Source: an uncultured bacterium (GTDB lineage Bacteria > Latescibacterota > UBA2968 > UBA8231). Taken from it: DNA of 38,438 nucleotides. The notes beneath the pieces are model-generated. The model ran no database searches and was not told the DNA's origin. It worked only from the letters and a program-made list of their open reading frames with translations. Positions 22,809-31,503 of the stretch are shown one piece after another. The stretch lies in the NCBI GenBank assembly GCA_964012055.1, contig CAXGRO010000003.1, positions 1 to 38,438 on the forward strand, written 5' to 3'. The position numbers were made by a program, and so were the translations under genes. Each line of letters begins with the position of its first letter. The stretch's first letter is position 1.

Positions 22809-23315
22809 GTGGCTAAAATTGATACCAATAATCTGGAATTGAGCGAGGTAGTGGTCCAAAACAGCATCCGGCGCGTATCTCATGTGCGCAAAGGTGGGCG
22901 ACGTTTCAGTTTTAACGCTGCCGTTGTCGTGGGAGACCGCAACGGGCATGTGGGGGTGGGCTTGGGCAAGGCCGGCGAGATTGCCGAGGCGATTCGCAAG
23001 GGCACGGAGGCGGCTAAAAAGAATATTGTAAAGATTCCCGTAGTCGATGGGACGATTCCGCACCAGATAGTGGGGCGTTTTGGCGCTGCCAAGGTCTTGT
23101 TAAAACCGGCATCGCCCGGTACTGGTGTAATCGCCAGCGGTGGTGTGCGCATTGTGCTCGAATTGGCCGGTGTTCACGATATTTTGACCAAGTCTCTGGG
23201 CTCGAGTAATCCGCAGAATACGGTTAAAGCCACACTACAGGGGTTGTTGGAAATGCGCGATGCCGAGACGACGGCCGAATTGCGCGGTATTGATATGGCG
23301 CTGTTGCGCGGTTAA
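22809..23315 (+). CDS. rpsE: 30S ribosomal protein S5
   Basis: KGGRRFSF and [12 protein letters not shown]; GTG start. Confidence 0.98.
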   Translation: MAKIDTNNLELSEVVVQNSIRRVSHVRKGGRRFSFNAAVVVGDRNGHVGVGLGKAGEIAEAIRKGTEAAKKNIVKIPVVDGTIPHQIVGRFGAAKVLLKPASPGTGVIASGGVRIVLELAGVHDILTKSLGSSNPQNTVKATLQGLLEMRDAETTAELRGIDMALLRG

Positions 23316-23329
23316 AGGGGCATAAGGCA

Positions 23330-23509
23330 ATGAAATTGGCGATTACACAACATAGAAGTTCCATCGGCAGAGCTAAGGATCAGAAAGCAACTATTGAAGC
23401 ATTGGGACTAAAACGCATGAATCAACAAGTGCTTCATGAAGATTCGCCTCAAATACGTGGCATGATTGCCAAGGTTTCACATCTACTTAAGGTTGAAGAG
23501 GTAGAGTAA
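23330..23509 (+). CDS. rpmD: 50S ribosomal protein L30 (59 aa, below the ORF-track cutoff)
   Basis: Hand translation [59 protein letters not shown]; between rpsE and rplO. Confidence 0.97.
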   Translation: MKLAITQHRSSIGRAKDQKATIEALGLKRMNQQVLHEDSPQIRGMIAKVSHLLKVEEVE

Positions 23510-23530
23510 CTCGGGAGTAAGTATAGAATT

Positions 23531-23977
23531 ATGCGGTTAGGCAAAATTGCGCGCCCACCAGGCGCACGCAAGAATCGCAAGCGCCTAGGCCAGGGACCTG
23601 GTTCGGGTACGGGCAAGACGGCGGGCAAGGGACATAAAGGGCAACGCGCTAGGTCGGGAGCAAAGCGAGGTAGACGTATTGGTTTCGAAGGTGGTCAGAT
23701 GCCGTTACATAGGCGCCTGCCCAAAATAGGTTTTGTAAATCGTTTTAGAGTTGAATATCAGGTTGTTAACATAGGCGCCATCGAAGAGCGCGGCCTGGAG
23801 GGTGAGGTGGGGCCCGAAGAACTTAGAAAAGCAGGGCTTATACGCAAGGCTGGATATTTAGTCAAAATTCTCGGAGAAGGCAGCCTTAGCCGGGGTGTTA
23901 CTTTAAGAGCGCACAAATTTTCTCAATCAGCGCTTGAAAAAATCAACCAGGCGGGTGGTACCGCAGAGGCAATCTAA
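23531..23977 (+). CDS. rplO: 50S ribosomal protein L15
   Basis: GSGTGKTAGKGHKGQRARSG and FEGGQMPLHRRLPK. Confidence 0.98.
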   Translation: MRLGKIARPPGARKNRKRLGQGPGSGTGKTAGKGHKGQRARSGAKRGRRIGFEGGQMPLHRRLPKIGFVNRFRVEYQVVNIGAIEERGLEGEVGPEELRKAGLIRKAGYLVKILGEGSLSRGVTLRAHKFSQSALEKINQAGGTAEAI

Positions 23978-23978
23978 C

Positions 23979-25316
23979 GTGTTTCAAAGTTTTCAAAATT
24001 GTTTTAAAATACCCGATCTGCGTCGGCGTATTCTCTTCACCTTGAGCATCCTGGTGATTTATCGCATCGGCGGACAGATTACGGTGCCCGGCGTTGATAT
24101 TGCTGTGCTTAGGGAATATTACGCAGCGGCGGGAAACTCCTTTGTGGCTTTATACGATATGTTTGTTGGCGGTGCATTTACGCGGGCAACGGTTTTTGCT
24201 CTAGGGATTATGCCCTATATCAGCGCCTCGATTATCTTTCAATTGTTGGGATCGGTCATTCCCTATTTTCAAAAATTACAGCGCGAAGGAGAAGAAGGAC
24301 GTAAGAAAATTACTCAATATACGCGCTATGCAACTGTGTTACTGGCAGCAGGCCAATCTTTTGGGATCAGCCATTTCTATTTACAAAATATAACTCTGCC
24401 ATCTGGCCGTGCGGCCGTGCCCGATCCGGGATGGGGTTTTAGCCTCGAAACTATGCTGACTCTAACCGCTGGCACTATTTTTGTCATGTGGTTGGGCGAA
24501 CAGATTAGCGAGAGGGGAATCGGCAACGGTATTTCGTTGTTAATTTTTATTGGCATAATTGCCGAATTGCCCTTTGCTATCAAGAGTGAATACCAGTTTT
24601 TTCTCGATAATCGAGGTGCCGGCAAGAATATCATTGAGGAACTGATACTGGTTGCTCTGATGATTTTGATAGTCGCTTTCGTTATCCTATTGACCCAAGG
24701 GGTGCGTAAAATCCCCGTACAGTACGCCAAACGCGTTGTGGGACGTAGAGTATATGGGGGACAGACTACACATATACCGTTGCGCATCAATACCGCTGGT
24801 GTGATTCCAATTATTTTTGCCCAGGCAATCATGTTCCTGCCCGGCACGGCGACTCAGATGTTTCCCAACAGTGAATTTATGCAGGCGGTGGGGAGTTGGT
24901 TTACCGTGACATCTATGTTTTACTGGTTTGTGTATGGACTTATGGTAATTTTCTTTGCCTATTTCTATACGGCAATTATCATGGATCCAAATCAGTTGGC
25001 AGACAATATGAAGCGCAATAATGGTTTTATCCCCGGCGTGCGTCCGGGCAAACGCACTGCCCAGTACATCGATCACATTATGACACGTATAACGTTGCCC
25101 GGAGCGGTCGCCCTGGCAGTGGTAGCCATACTTCCCTACTTCATTAGTCAGCAATTTAACGTACATCCTTCTTTTTCGCAGTTTTTCGGTGGCACGGGAT
25201 TGTTGATTGTCGTTGGGGTGGCACTCGATACTCTACAACAGATCGAATCGCAATTAATGACGCGTCACTATGAAGGTTTTATGAAGCGGGGCAAAATTAC
25301 AGGGCGTCGCAGTTAA
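23979..25316 (+). CDS. secY: Preprotein translocase subunit SecY
   Basis: [22 protein letters not shown] and FIPGVRPG; start moved to GTG 23979. Confidence 0.98.
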   Translation: MFQSFQNCFKIPDLRRRILFTLSILVIYRIGGQITVPGVDIAVLREYYAAAGNSFVALYDMFVGGAFTRATVFALGIMPYISASIIFQLLGSVIPYFQKLQREGEEGRKKITQYTRYATVLLAAGQSFGISHFYLQNITLPSGRAAVPDPGWGFSLETMLTLTAGTIFVMWLGEQISERGIGNGISLLIFIGIIAELPFAIKSEYQFFLDNRGAGKNIIEELILVALMILIVAFVILLTQGVRKIPVQYAKRVVGRRVYGGQTTHIPLRINTAGVIPIIFAQAIMFLPGTATQMFPNSEFMQAVGSWFTVTSMFYWFVYGLMVIFFAYFYTAIIMDPNQLADNMKRNNGFIPGVRPGKRTAQYIDHIMTRITLPGAVALAVVAILPYFISQQFNVHPSFSQFFGGTGLLIVVGVALDTLQQIESQLMTRHYEGFMKRGKITGRRS

Positions 25317-25332
25317 GGTCGAGGATAGAGTT

Positions 25333-25449
25333 ATGAAAGTGAAAGCATCTGTGGGCAAGCGCTGTTCGGAATGCAAGATCATCAGGCGGCATGGAATTGT
25401 GCGGGTGATCTGTAAGCGCAATCCTAGACACAAGCAACGGCAAGGCTAA
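25333..25449 (+). CDS. rpmJ: 50S ribosomal protein L36, zinc-ribbon form (38 aa, not in the ORF track)
   Basis: Hand translation [38 protein letters not shown]. Confidence 0.97.
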   Translation: MKVKASVGKRCSECKIIRRHGIVRVICKRNPRHKQRQG

Positions 25450-25461
25450 GGAGGAACCCAT

Positions 25462-25845
25462 ATGGCACGTATTGCAGGCGTAGATTTACCGCGCGACAAG
25501 CGAGTCGTGATAGGCCTGACCTATATCTACGGCATTGGTCAAAGCGTAGCCGCCAAGATTTTGGAGCAGGCGCAAATAAATCCGGATACGCGGATTAGTG
25601 CGTTGACAGAAGAAGAAACGACTCAGTTGCGCAATATCATCGAGGCGAGCTATAAAGTAGAGGGTAGTCTGCGCGGCGAAGTCAATATGAATGTCAAGCG
25701 GCTCATGGACATTGGCTCTTATCGCGGTTTGCGCCATCGGCGTGGTTTGCCGGCACGAGGGCAGCGTACCAAAACCAATGCACGTCAGCGCAAAGGGCCA
25801 CGGCGTGCAGTTGCGGGTAAGAAGAAAGCACCAGCACCTAAGTAA
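25462..25845 (+). CDS. rpsM: 30S ribosomal protein S13
   Basis: [10 protein letters not shown] and [21 protein letters not shown]. Confidence 0.99.
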   Translation: MARIAGVDLPRDKRVVIGLTYIYGIGQSVAAKILEQAQINPDTRISALTEEETTQLRNIIEASYKVEGSLRGEVNMNVKRLMDIGSYRGLRHRRGLPARGQRTKTNARQRKGPRRAVAGKKKAPAPK

Positions 25846-25887
25846 GATAATTTTTACTATAACCCTTTTTAGGAAAGGTTTTAACCC

Positions 25888-26283
25888 TTGCCACCCGAAA
25901 GATCGCGTAGCAGAAGGCGCAAAAAGGCTAAACAAGTAGAGGCCGTGGGCGTTGCCCATATTTTAGCCACATTCAATAACACTATCATTACTTTGACTGA
26001 TCGCGGCGGGGATGTTATTTCCTGGGCGACGGCGGGAAAGGTAGATTTTAGGGGGAGTCGCAAGTCTACACCTTTTGCGGCGCAAATGGCGGCAGAAAAT
26101 GCAGCGCGCGAAGCGTTGAATATGGGGTTAAAGCGTGTGGAAGTTTGGGTAAAAGGACCGGGAGTGGGACGCGAATCTGCTATTCGTGCTCTGCAAGTGG
26201 CCGGGTTGGAGATATCGGCGATCCGCGACGTGACCCCTATGCCACACAACGGCTGCAGGCCGCCAAAACGTCGTCGGGTATAA
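25888..26283 (+). CDS. rpsK: 30S ribosomal protein S11
   Basis: [15 protein letters not shown] and [13 protein letters not shown]; TTG start. Confidence 0.99.
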   Translation: MPPERSRSRRRKKAKQVEAVGVAHILATFNNTIITLTDRGGDVISWATAGKVDFRGSRKSTPFAAQMAAENAAREALNMGLKRVEVWVKGPGVGRESAIRALQVAGLEISAIRDVTPMPHNGCRPPKRRRV

Positions 26284-26292
26284 GGAGGAGAG

Positions 26293-26919
26293 ATGAGCAG
26301 ATATACTGGACCGAATTGCCGTTTTTGCCGTCGCGAAGGGGCAAAACTTTTCCTCAAAGGAGAGCGTTGCCATTTGGAAAAGTGTGCTTTCGAACGACGC
26401 AGTTACGCCCCAGGGCAACACGGCCAACGCATGCGACGCAAGCAATCGGATTACAGCGTACAATTGCGGGCCAAACAGGCTCTTTCTCGCATTTACGGCA
26501 TGCGCGAAGGGCAGTTTCGCGGATATTACAAAGAATCTACACGCGTGCCCGGCGTTAGCGGTGAGAATATGATGCGTTTACTCGAGAGTCGTTTGGACAA
26601 TATTGTTTACCGCCTAGGATTTGCTCCATCGCGTAAGGCGGGCCGCCAATTGGTGCGTCATAACCATATAACAGTCAATGGTAAACGCGTCAACATACCC
26701 TCTTATCAGGTTCGACCCGGTGATGTAATCGCCGTAGTAGATAAGAGTCGACAACTCGAATTCATCCAAGAGTCTATGCGGCGGGCTCGCGATGTGGTTC
26801 CCTGGCTATCCGTAGATAAGGTTCACCTGCACGGTTCTGTTTTAGAGAAGCCGAACAGGGAAGATATTCCGACCTTAGCGGAAGAGCAATTGGTTATCGA
26901 GTTTTACTCGCGTGTGTAA
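26293..26919 (+). CDS. rpsD: 30S ribosomal protein S4 (Cys-containing form)
   Basis: CRFCRREG..LFLKGERC...C and LESRLDNIVYRLG. Confidence 0.99.
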   Translation: MSRYTGPNCRFCRREGAKLFLKGERCHLEKCAFERRSYAPGQHGQRMRRKQSDYSVQLRAKQALSRIYGMREGQFRGYYKESTRVPGVSGENMMRLLESRLDNIVYRLGFAPSRKAGRQLVRHNHITVNGKRVNIPSYQVRPGDVIAVVDKSRQLEFIQESMRRARDVVPWLSVDKVHLHGSVLEKPNREDIPTLAEEQLVIEFYSRV

Positions 26920-26964
26920 GTCTACCTACATTTCATATTTATAGAAGAGGGAACAAGGGGCTCT

Positions 26965-27981
26965 ATGAAATTAGAAGGTCTCCAGATGCCGAGACTTGTC
27001 GAGATCGACAAAGATAGTCTGAGCGAAGATTATGGTCATTTTGTCGTGCAGCCGCTAGAACGGGGTTTCGGGATCACCTTGGGGCACGCGTTGCGGCGAA
27101 TTTTGCTTTCCTCTATTCAAGGGGCTGCCATCACACAGGCCAATATCGAAGGCGTCCAGCACGAATTTTCTGTTGTCAAAGGAGTGCGTGAAGATGTACC
27201 GGAGATTGTGCTCAACCTTAAGGAAGTAGCTATACGCTATCACGGGACGGAAGCCCGACTCTTGCACGTCGAGTGCGCTAAAGCAGGGGCCGTTACAGCC
27301 AAGGACTTGGCGGTAGATCCAGCCGTGGAGATTATGAATCCCGATCAGCATATTGCCACTCTGGAAGATGGTGCAAAACTAAAGATGGAACTCACTATTG
27401 GTCGAGGCCGGGGTTATCTATTTGCCGACGACAATAAGGTAACTGAACAGCCCATCGGTACTATACCGCTCGACGCCAATTATTCCCCAGTGACCAAGGT
27501 GCACTATGAGACCGAAAATGCGCGCGTGGGACGGCGTACCGATTACGACAAATTAACCCTTGAGGTTTGGACCGATGGGGCTGTTAAGCCCGAAGATGCA
27601 CTTGCGCAAGCTGCCAAGATTCTCATGGAGCATCTGGCCCTTTTTATTAACTTCGAAGAAGAGCCTGTAGAACCCGTTGAAAAGGAAGTCGACGAAGAAA
27701 CTAAACGTATTGCCAAACTTTTGGTTATGCCGGTAGACGAATTGGAACTGTCTGTTCGTTCGGCTAACTGTCTGCGCGCCGCCGGTATTACGCACTTGTG
27801 CGAATTGGTTTCTAGGTCAGAGGCCGAAATGCTAAAGTATCGCAATTTTGGTCGCAAATCGCTGAATGAATTGGGGGAAATCTTAGAAACACTCAATCTG
27901 AATTGGGGTATGGATATCACGCCGTACGAAAACATTGAGATTGATGAAGACGTGGCCAGCCCTCTGGCAGAGGAATTTTAA
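26965..27981 (+). CDS. rpoA: DNA-directed RNA polymerase subunit alpha
   Basis: [32 protein letters not shown] and NFGRKSL. Confidence 0.99.
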   Translation: MKLEGLQMPRLVEIDKDSLSEDYGHFVVQPLERGFGITLGHALRRILLSSIQGAAITQANIEGVQHEFSVVKGVREDVPEIVLNLKEVAIRYHGTEARLLHVECAKAGAVTAKDLAVDPAVEIMNPDQHIATLEDGAKLKMELTIGRGRGYLFADDNKVTEQPIGTIPLDANYSPVTKVHYETENARVGRRTDYDKLTLEVWTDGAVKPEDALAQAAKILMEHLALFINFEEEPVEPVEKEVDEETKRIAKLLVMPVDELELSVRSANCLRAAGITHLCELVSRSEAEMLKYRNFGRKSLNELGEILETLNLNWGMDITPYENIEIDEDVASPLAEEF

Positions 27982-27997
27982 TTACTTAGGACTAGAC

Positions 27998-28555
27998 ATG
28001 CGACACGGCAAGAAAATAGCAAAATTGGGACGCAACAGCAGTCACCGCAAGGCCATGCTGGGCAACATGGTTACTTCCCTATTTGAAAATGAGGCAATTC
28101 GCACGACCGATACTCGGGCCAAAGAATTGCGGCGCACGGCCGACCGCCTTATCACGCTAGCCAAGCGCGGCGATTTACATGCACGGCGACAGATTCTAAG
28201 AGTTATTCCGGATAAGCGGGTGGTTGCTAAACTCATCGATAGTTTGGGAGAGCGGTATCGCATGCGCAACGGCGGTTATACTCGCATTGTCAAGTTGGGT
28301 CCGAGGCGAGGCGATGCCGCTGAAATGTGCATTATCGAATTGGTTGATCGCCCCGGCGTTGATGAGGTCGTAGAAGAATCGACTGAAACCGAGGCTGTAG
28401 CGGAAGAAGCACAGGAGACGCGGGAAGTACAGGAAACAGAAGAAACAGCAGAGGAAAGCGAAGAATCTCAGGAAATAGAAGAAAGCGGCGAAGAGACGGA
28501 AGACACACCTGAGACAGAAGAAAACGCTGAAGGCGAGTCCTCAAAAAAAAGTTAG
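27998..28555 (+). CDS. rplQ: 50S ribosomal protein L17 with acidic C-terminal extension
   Basis: MRHGKK..KLGR and [16 protein letters not shown]; start moved to ATG 27998. Confidence 0.97.
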   Translation: MRHGKKIAKLGRNSSHRKAMLGNMVTSLFENEAIRTTDTRAKELRRTADRLITLAKRGDLHARRQILRVIPDKRVVAKLIDSLGERYRMRNGGYTRIVKLGPRRGDAAEMCIIELVDRPGVDEVVEESTETEAVAEEAQETREVQETEETAEESEESQEIEESGEETEDTPETEENAEGESSKKS

Positions 28556-28580
28556 CAACTTGGAGTCCTCATTATTTTGG

Positions 28581-28617
28581 AGCGAGGCGGGATAGATTCC
28601 TGCCTCGTTTTCTTTTT
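28581..28617 (+). terminator. Rho-independent terminator ending the ribosomal supercluster
   Basis: Stem AGCGAGGCGGGA, loop TAGAT, stem TCCTGCCTCGTT (two G-U pairs), followed by TTCTTTTT. Confidence 0.85.
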
Positions 28618-28629
28618 GCGAAATAAACT

Positions 28630-29985
28630 ATGAAACGCGGTGACCGTATAACGGTGCAGGTAGAACAACTATCTCCCAAAGGGGATGGCATAGCCCGATT
28701 TGATGAACGCGAGATAGTCATTCCGCGTACAGTACCAGGAGACTATGTGGAAGTGTATCTCAAACGCAAGCGCCGTGGCCGTTTTGAAGGTGCAGTAGAT
28801 TCTTTACTCCAGAGTAGGTATGAGCGCCAAGATCCGCCCTGCTCTCATTTTGGAACGTGCGGTGGTTGCCGTTGGCAAGATATAGGTTATAGTGACCAAT
28901 TGCGGATTAAAGAACAGGCAGTGTTAGACGCCTTGGCACAACACGATGTGCAGGCCAGGGAAGTCGATCCAATTCTCGCCAGTCCAGTTGCTTTGTTTTA
29001 TCGCAATAAAATGGAATTTTCGTTCGGTACGGATCGCGAGAGCAAAATGGAACTCGGGCTCCATGTGCGCGGACGTTTTAATCGCATATTTAATGTGGAT
29101 TCCTGTCATTTACAATCGGAGTTGTCAAACCGTATTGTTCAAACTGTGCGGTCTAATGCCCAAGCGCTAGGTCTTTCAGTTTATGACTTAAAGACCCATG
29201 AAGGATTGTTGCGTTTTCTTGTAATTCGCCATGGTGATAATAGCGACCAGACCATGGTCAATCTTGTGGTCTCTGAATTCCCCAGTGAAAAAGTCGACGC
29301 GTTGGTTAGTAGGGTCATCAAAGAAGTAGGAGAAATTGACACATTCATCGTCACATTACACCAAGGTAAAGCACAGGTAGCAGTTGGGCAACAGGAGTTT
29401 GTGCTCAAAGGCGAAGGTAAGATTCGGGCACAATGTGTAGGACTGGATTTTGAATTGTCTGCACAATCCTTTTTTCAGCCCAATATTGCCCAGGCTGAGC
29501 AACTTTATGGCATTATCATGGAAAGAGCTGGGGATATAGAGGGGTGTGAAGTGCTCGATTTATACTGTGGCAGTGGAGCAATTAGTTTGCAATTGGCGCG
29601 TCTGGCAAATAAAGTCTACGGTATTGAACTGGCCTCTGAAGCAGTGGAAGATGCCTGGAGTAACGCCAGGAACAATGGCATCGAAAACGTTGAATTTTTA
29701 GTCGCTCCGGCAGAGGAGGCACTTGGGCAATTGCAGAGTTCAGGACTAAATTTTGATCTAGTCGTAGCCGATCCACCGCGCGTTGGTCTTCACAAGCGGG
29801 TCCGGGTAGCACTGGTGGAACTAGGTCCACCTAAGATTATATATGTATCCTGCAATCCCTATACATTGGCAGAGGACCTGAGGTATTTGGTGGATGGCGG
29901 TTATATCTTAAAGAGAATGCAGCCCGTGGACATGTTTCCACAGACACCTCACTGCGAAGTAGTAGCCGAATTGGCAACTTTCTAA
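28630..29985 (+). CDS. rlmD: 23S rRNA (uracil-C5)-methyltransferase, RlmD/RumA family
   Basis: N-terminal TRAM domain, CSHFGTCGGC Fe-S motif, LDLYCGSG SAM motif, DPPR, YVSCNP and DMFPQT; exact target base not determinable. Confidence 0.9.
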   Translation: MKRGDRITVQVEQLSPKGDGIARFDEREIVIPRTVPGDYVEVYLKRKRRGRFEGAVDSLLQSRYERQDPPCSHFGTCGGCRWQDIGYSDQLRIKEQAVLDALAQHDVQAREVDPILASPVALFYRNKMEFSFGTDRESKMELGLHVRGRFNRIFNVDSCHLQSELSNRIVQTVRSNAQALGLSVYDLKTHEGLLRFLVIRHGDNSDQTMVNLVVSEFPSEKVDALVSRVIKEVGEIDTFIVTLHQGKAQVAVGQQEFVLKGEGKIRAQCVGLDFELSAQSFFQPNIAQAEQLYGIIMERAGDIEGCEVLDLYCGSGAISLQLARLANKVYGIELASEAVEDAWSNARNNGIENVEFLVAPAEEALGQLQSSGLNFDLVVADPPRVGLHKRVRVALVELGPPKIIYVSCNPYTLAEDLRYLVDGGYILKRMQPVDMFPQTPHCEVVAELATF

Positions 29986-30082
29986 AGGGGCAGGGCTTCA
30001 AGGCATTTTTGATTGACTAACTATCTGATTATCTATTTTTTTAAAAAAACTGATAAAGTTAAACAAATCCAAGGTTTAAACC

Positions 30083-31498
30083 ATGGCTAAGGTAAAAAAA
30101 TCGGAAAACTCCGGTAAAAAAATAAAAAGTAAAGGTAAGGTCAAAAAAGTAAAGAAGGAAAACAACGGACAAGCGGAACAAACTGCTCCAGAAAAAGAAG
30201 AAAAGTCTCGTTTTGCCAAGTCCGGAGTTTTCAGTAAACCGGGGGATTTATCTGCTCTTCTCCAGGAGTTTAAAGGGGCTAAGGTCAGTGCGGAACTCGT
30301 GCGACTACGTATGCAGACTGAATCTGTTGAGCACGGGCGCGGCAAAGCGATTGTGTGCGGTTACACCTTTCGCAAATTTAATGATGAGCCAAAGGCTGTG
30401 CTTTTTATGGCAACGCCCAGGTCTTCCAGCGGCGGCAGTTTTGAACCGACAGAACGCCTGCTTAAACCGGGTGAGCAATTACAAGTAAGTTATACATTGG
30501 AAGTGGAAGGGGGCGATCGCCCCATTTATTTTGTATCCAAGGCGTATTTTTTGCGCAAGAGCTTCTACATCGCCGAAGATCCCAACAATCCCGGAAAGCA
30601 CTGGGCTGGGCCGCGCGAAACAGCTGCGGAGAAATTTCCCAAAAACGTCATGGTTGCCGGGGATGATATTATTGAAGTACGCATTGATAATGCCACGTCT
30701 TTTCCCAATGGCCCTGGGATGTTGCAGAAGGATGTGCTAGACCGTTATCTAAGTGGCGCCGAACTCTACGTTGTGCTCGGCGGTGGTCCGTGGGCGCAGC
30801 GTAGCACTCAAGGCAATTTTTTTGAGGATATTCGTGACTCGCTGGATAAATTTTTGGCGAAGGAAAATATAAAGCTAATAGAACAGGTCAACTTGCAAAG
30901 TTTTGCCAATATGGGCGATGTAACCATTTTAACTAAGGAACGTTTGCTGGCGGATGTGAACCACGACGTAGCGCGTCCCAGCGTTATCAAAAAGCCAAAC
31001 GACAATCTGCGCGAAATTAACAACAATATTGGTTTCTTATTGCATTTTAAGATGGATGAGGAGATTAAAGAAACCATTATGCGCAATGTGCCGAATAAAG
31101 CTGGTCCAGAGGAAGATGTCTATCTACCTCTGGTACTGGAGCGGATCAGCGATTCCAAAGAGCAGTATCGCGTCACCTTTCGCCTTTTTCCCCGCGATCT
31201 GGTTGAGGAGCGTGGGCGCAAAGCCGCCATGAGCGGTGGCGGCGTAAAATTCATGCCGCCCTATGCGCTACATCCCGGGGCGGAGAACCACAATACCTAC
31301 AGCAAACTGCTAATTGCTTTGAGCCAGCGTTTTCGAGAAGATGAGAAGCCGGAAGAGGACAAACTAAAGAGCGAAAAATTAGTGGCGTCGGTGCAACAGC
31401 GCATGGCCGAGCAGAAACATAAATTTGTCGATGAAAAAGTAAAAGCCGCTTTCCAAGATCGCGTTGCCGCTAAGAAACGGAAGGAGGAAGGGGCCTAA
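30083..31498 (+). CDS. Hypothetical protein (471 aa) with Lys-rich N-terminus; probable degenerate YcgR/PilZ-like paralog of the convergent neighbour
   Basis: Long ORF filling the interval; colinear manual similarity to the 502-aa neighbour (LVRL..EH..GKA, LFMATP, LKPGE); fold assignment is inference. Confidence 0.75.
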   Translation: MAKVKKSENSGKKIKSKGKVKKVKKENNGQAEQTAPEKEEKSRFAKSGVFSKPGDLSALLQEFKGAKVSAELVRLRMQTESVEHGRGKAIVCGYTFRKFNDEPKAVLFMATPRSSSGGSFEPTERLLKPGEQLQVSYTLEVEGGDRPIYFVSKAYFLRKSFYIAEDPNNPGKHWAGPRETAAEKFPKNVMVAGDDIIEVRIDNATSFPNGPGMLQKDVLDRYLSGAELYVVLGGGPWAQRSTQGNFFEDIRDSLDKFLAKENIKLIEQVNLQSFANMGDVTILTKERLLADVNHDVARPSVIKKPNDNLREINNNIGFLLHFKMDEEIKETIMRNVPNKAGPEEDVYLPLVLERISDSKEQYRVTFRLFPRDLVEERGRKAAMSGGGVKFMPPYALHPGAENHNTYSKLLIALSQRFREDEKPEEDKLKSEKLVASVQQRMAEQKHKFVDEKVKAAFQDRVAAKKRKEEGA

Positions 31499-31503
31499 CT
31501 TTC

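Noticed and set aside
15499-27997. Apparent N-terminal extensions or overlaps of S10, S3, S8, SecY and L17 in the ORF track
   Set aside because: Artefacts of choosing the longest start; downstream starts match the conserved N-termini
30009-30040. TTGACT or TTGATT as the -35 of a promoter for the 471-aa gene
   Set aside because: No convincing -10 hexamer at 16-18 nt spacing
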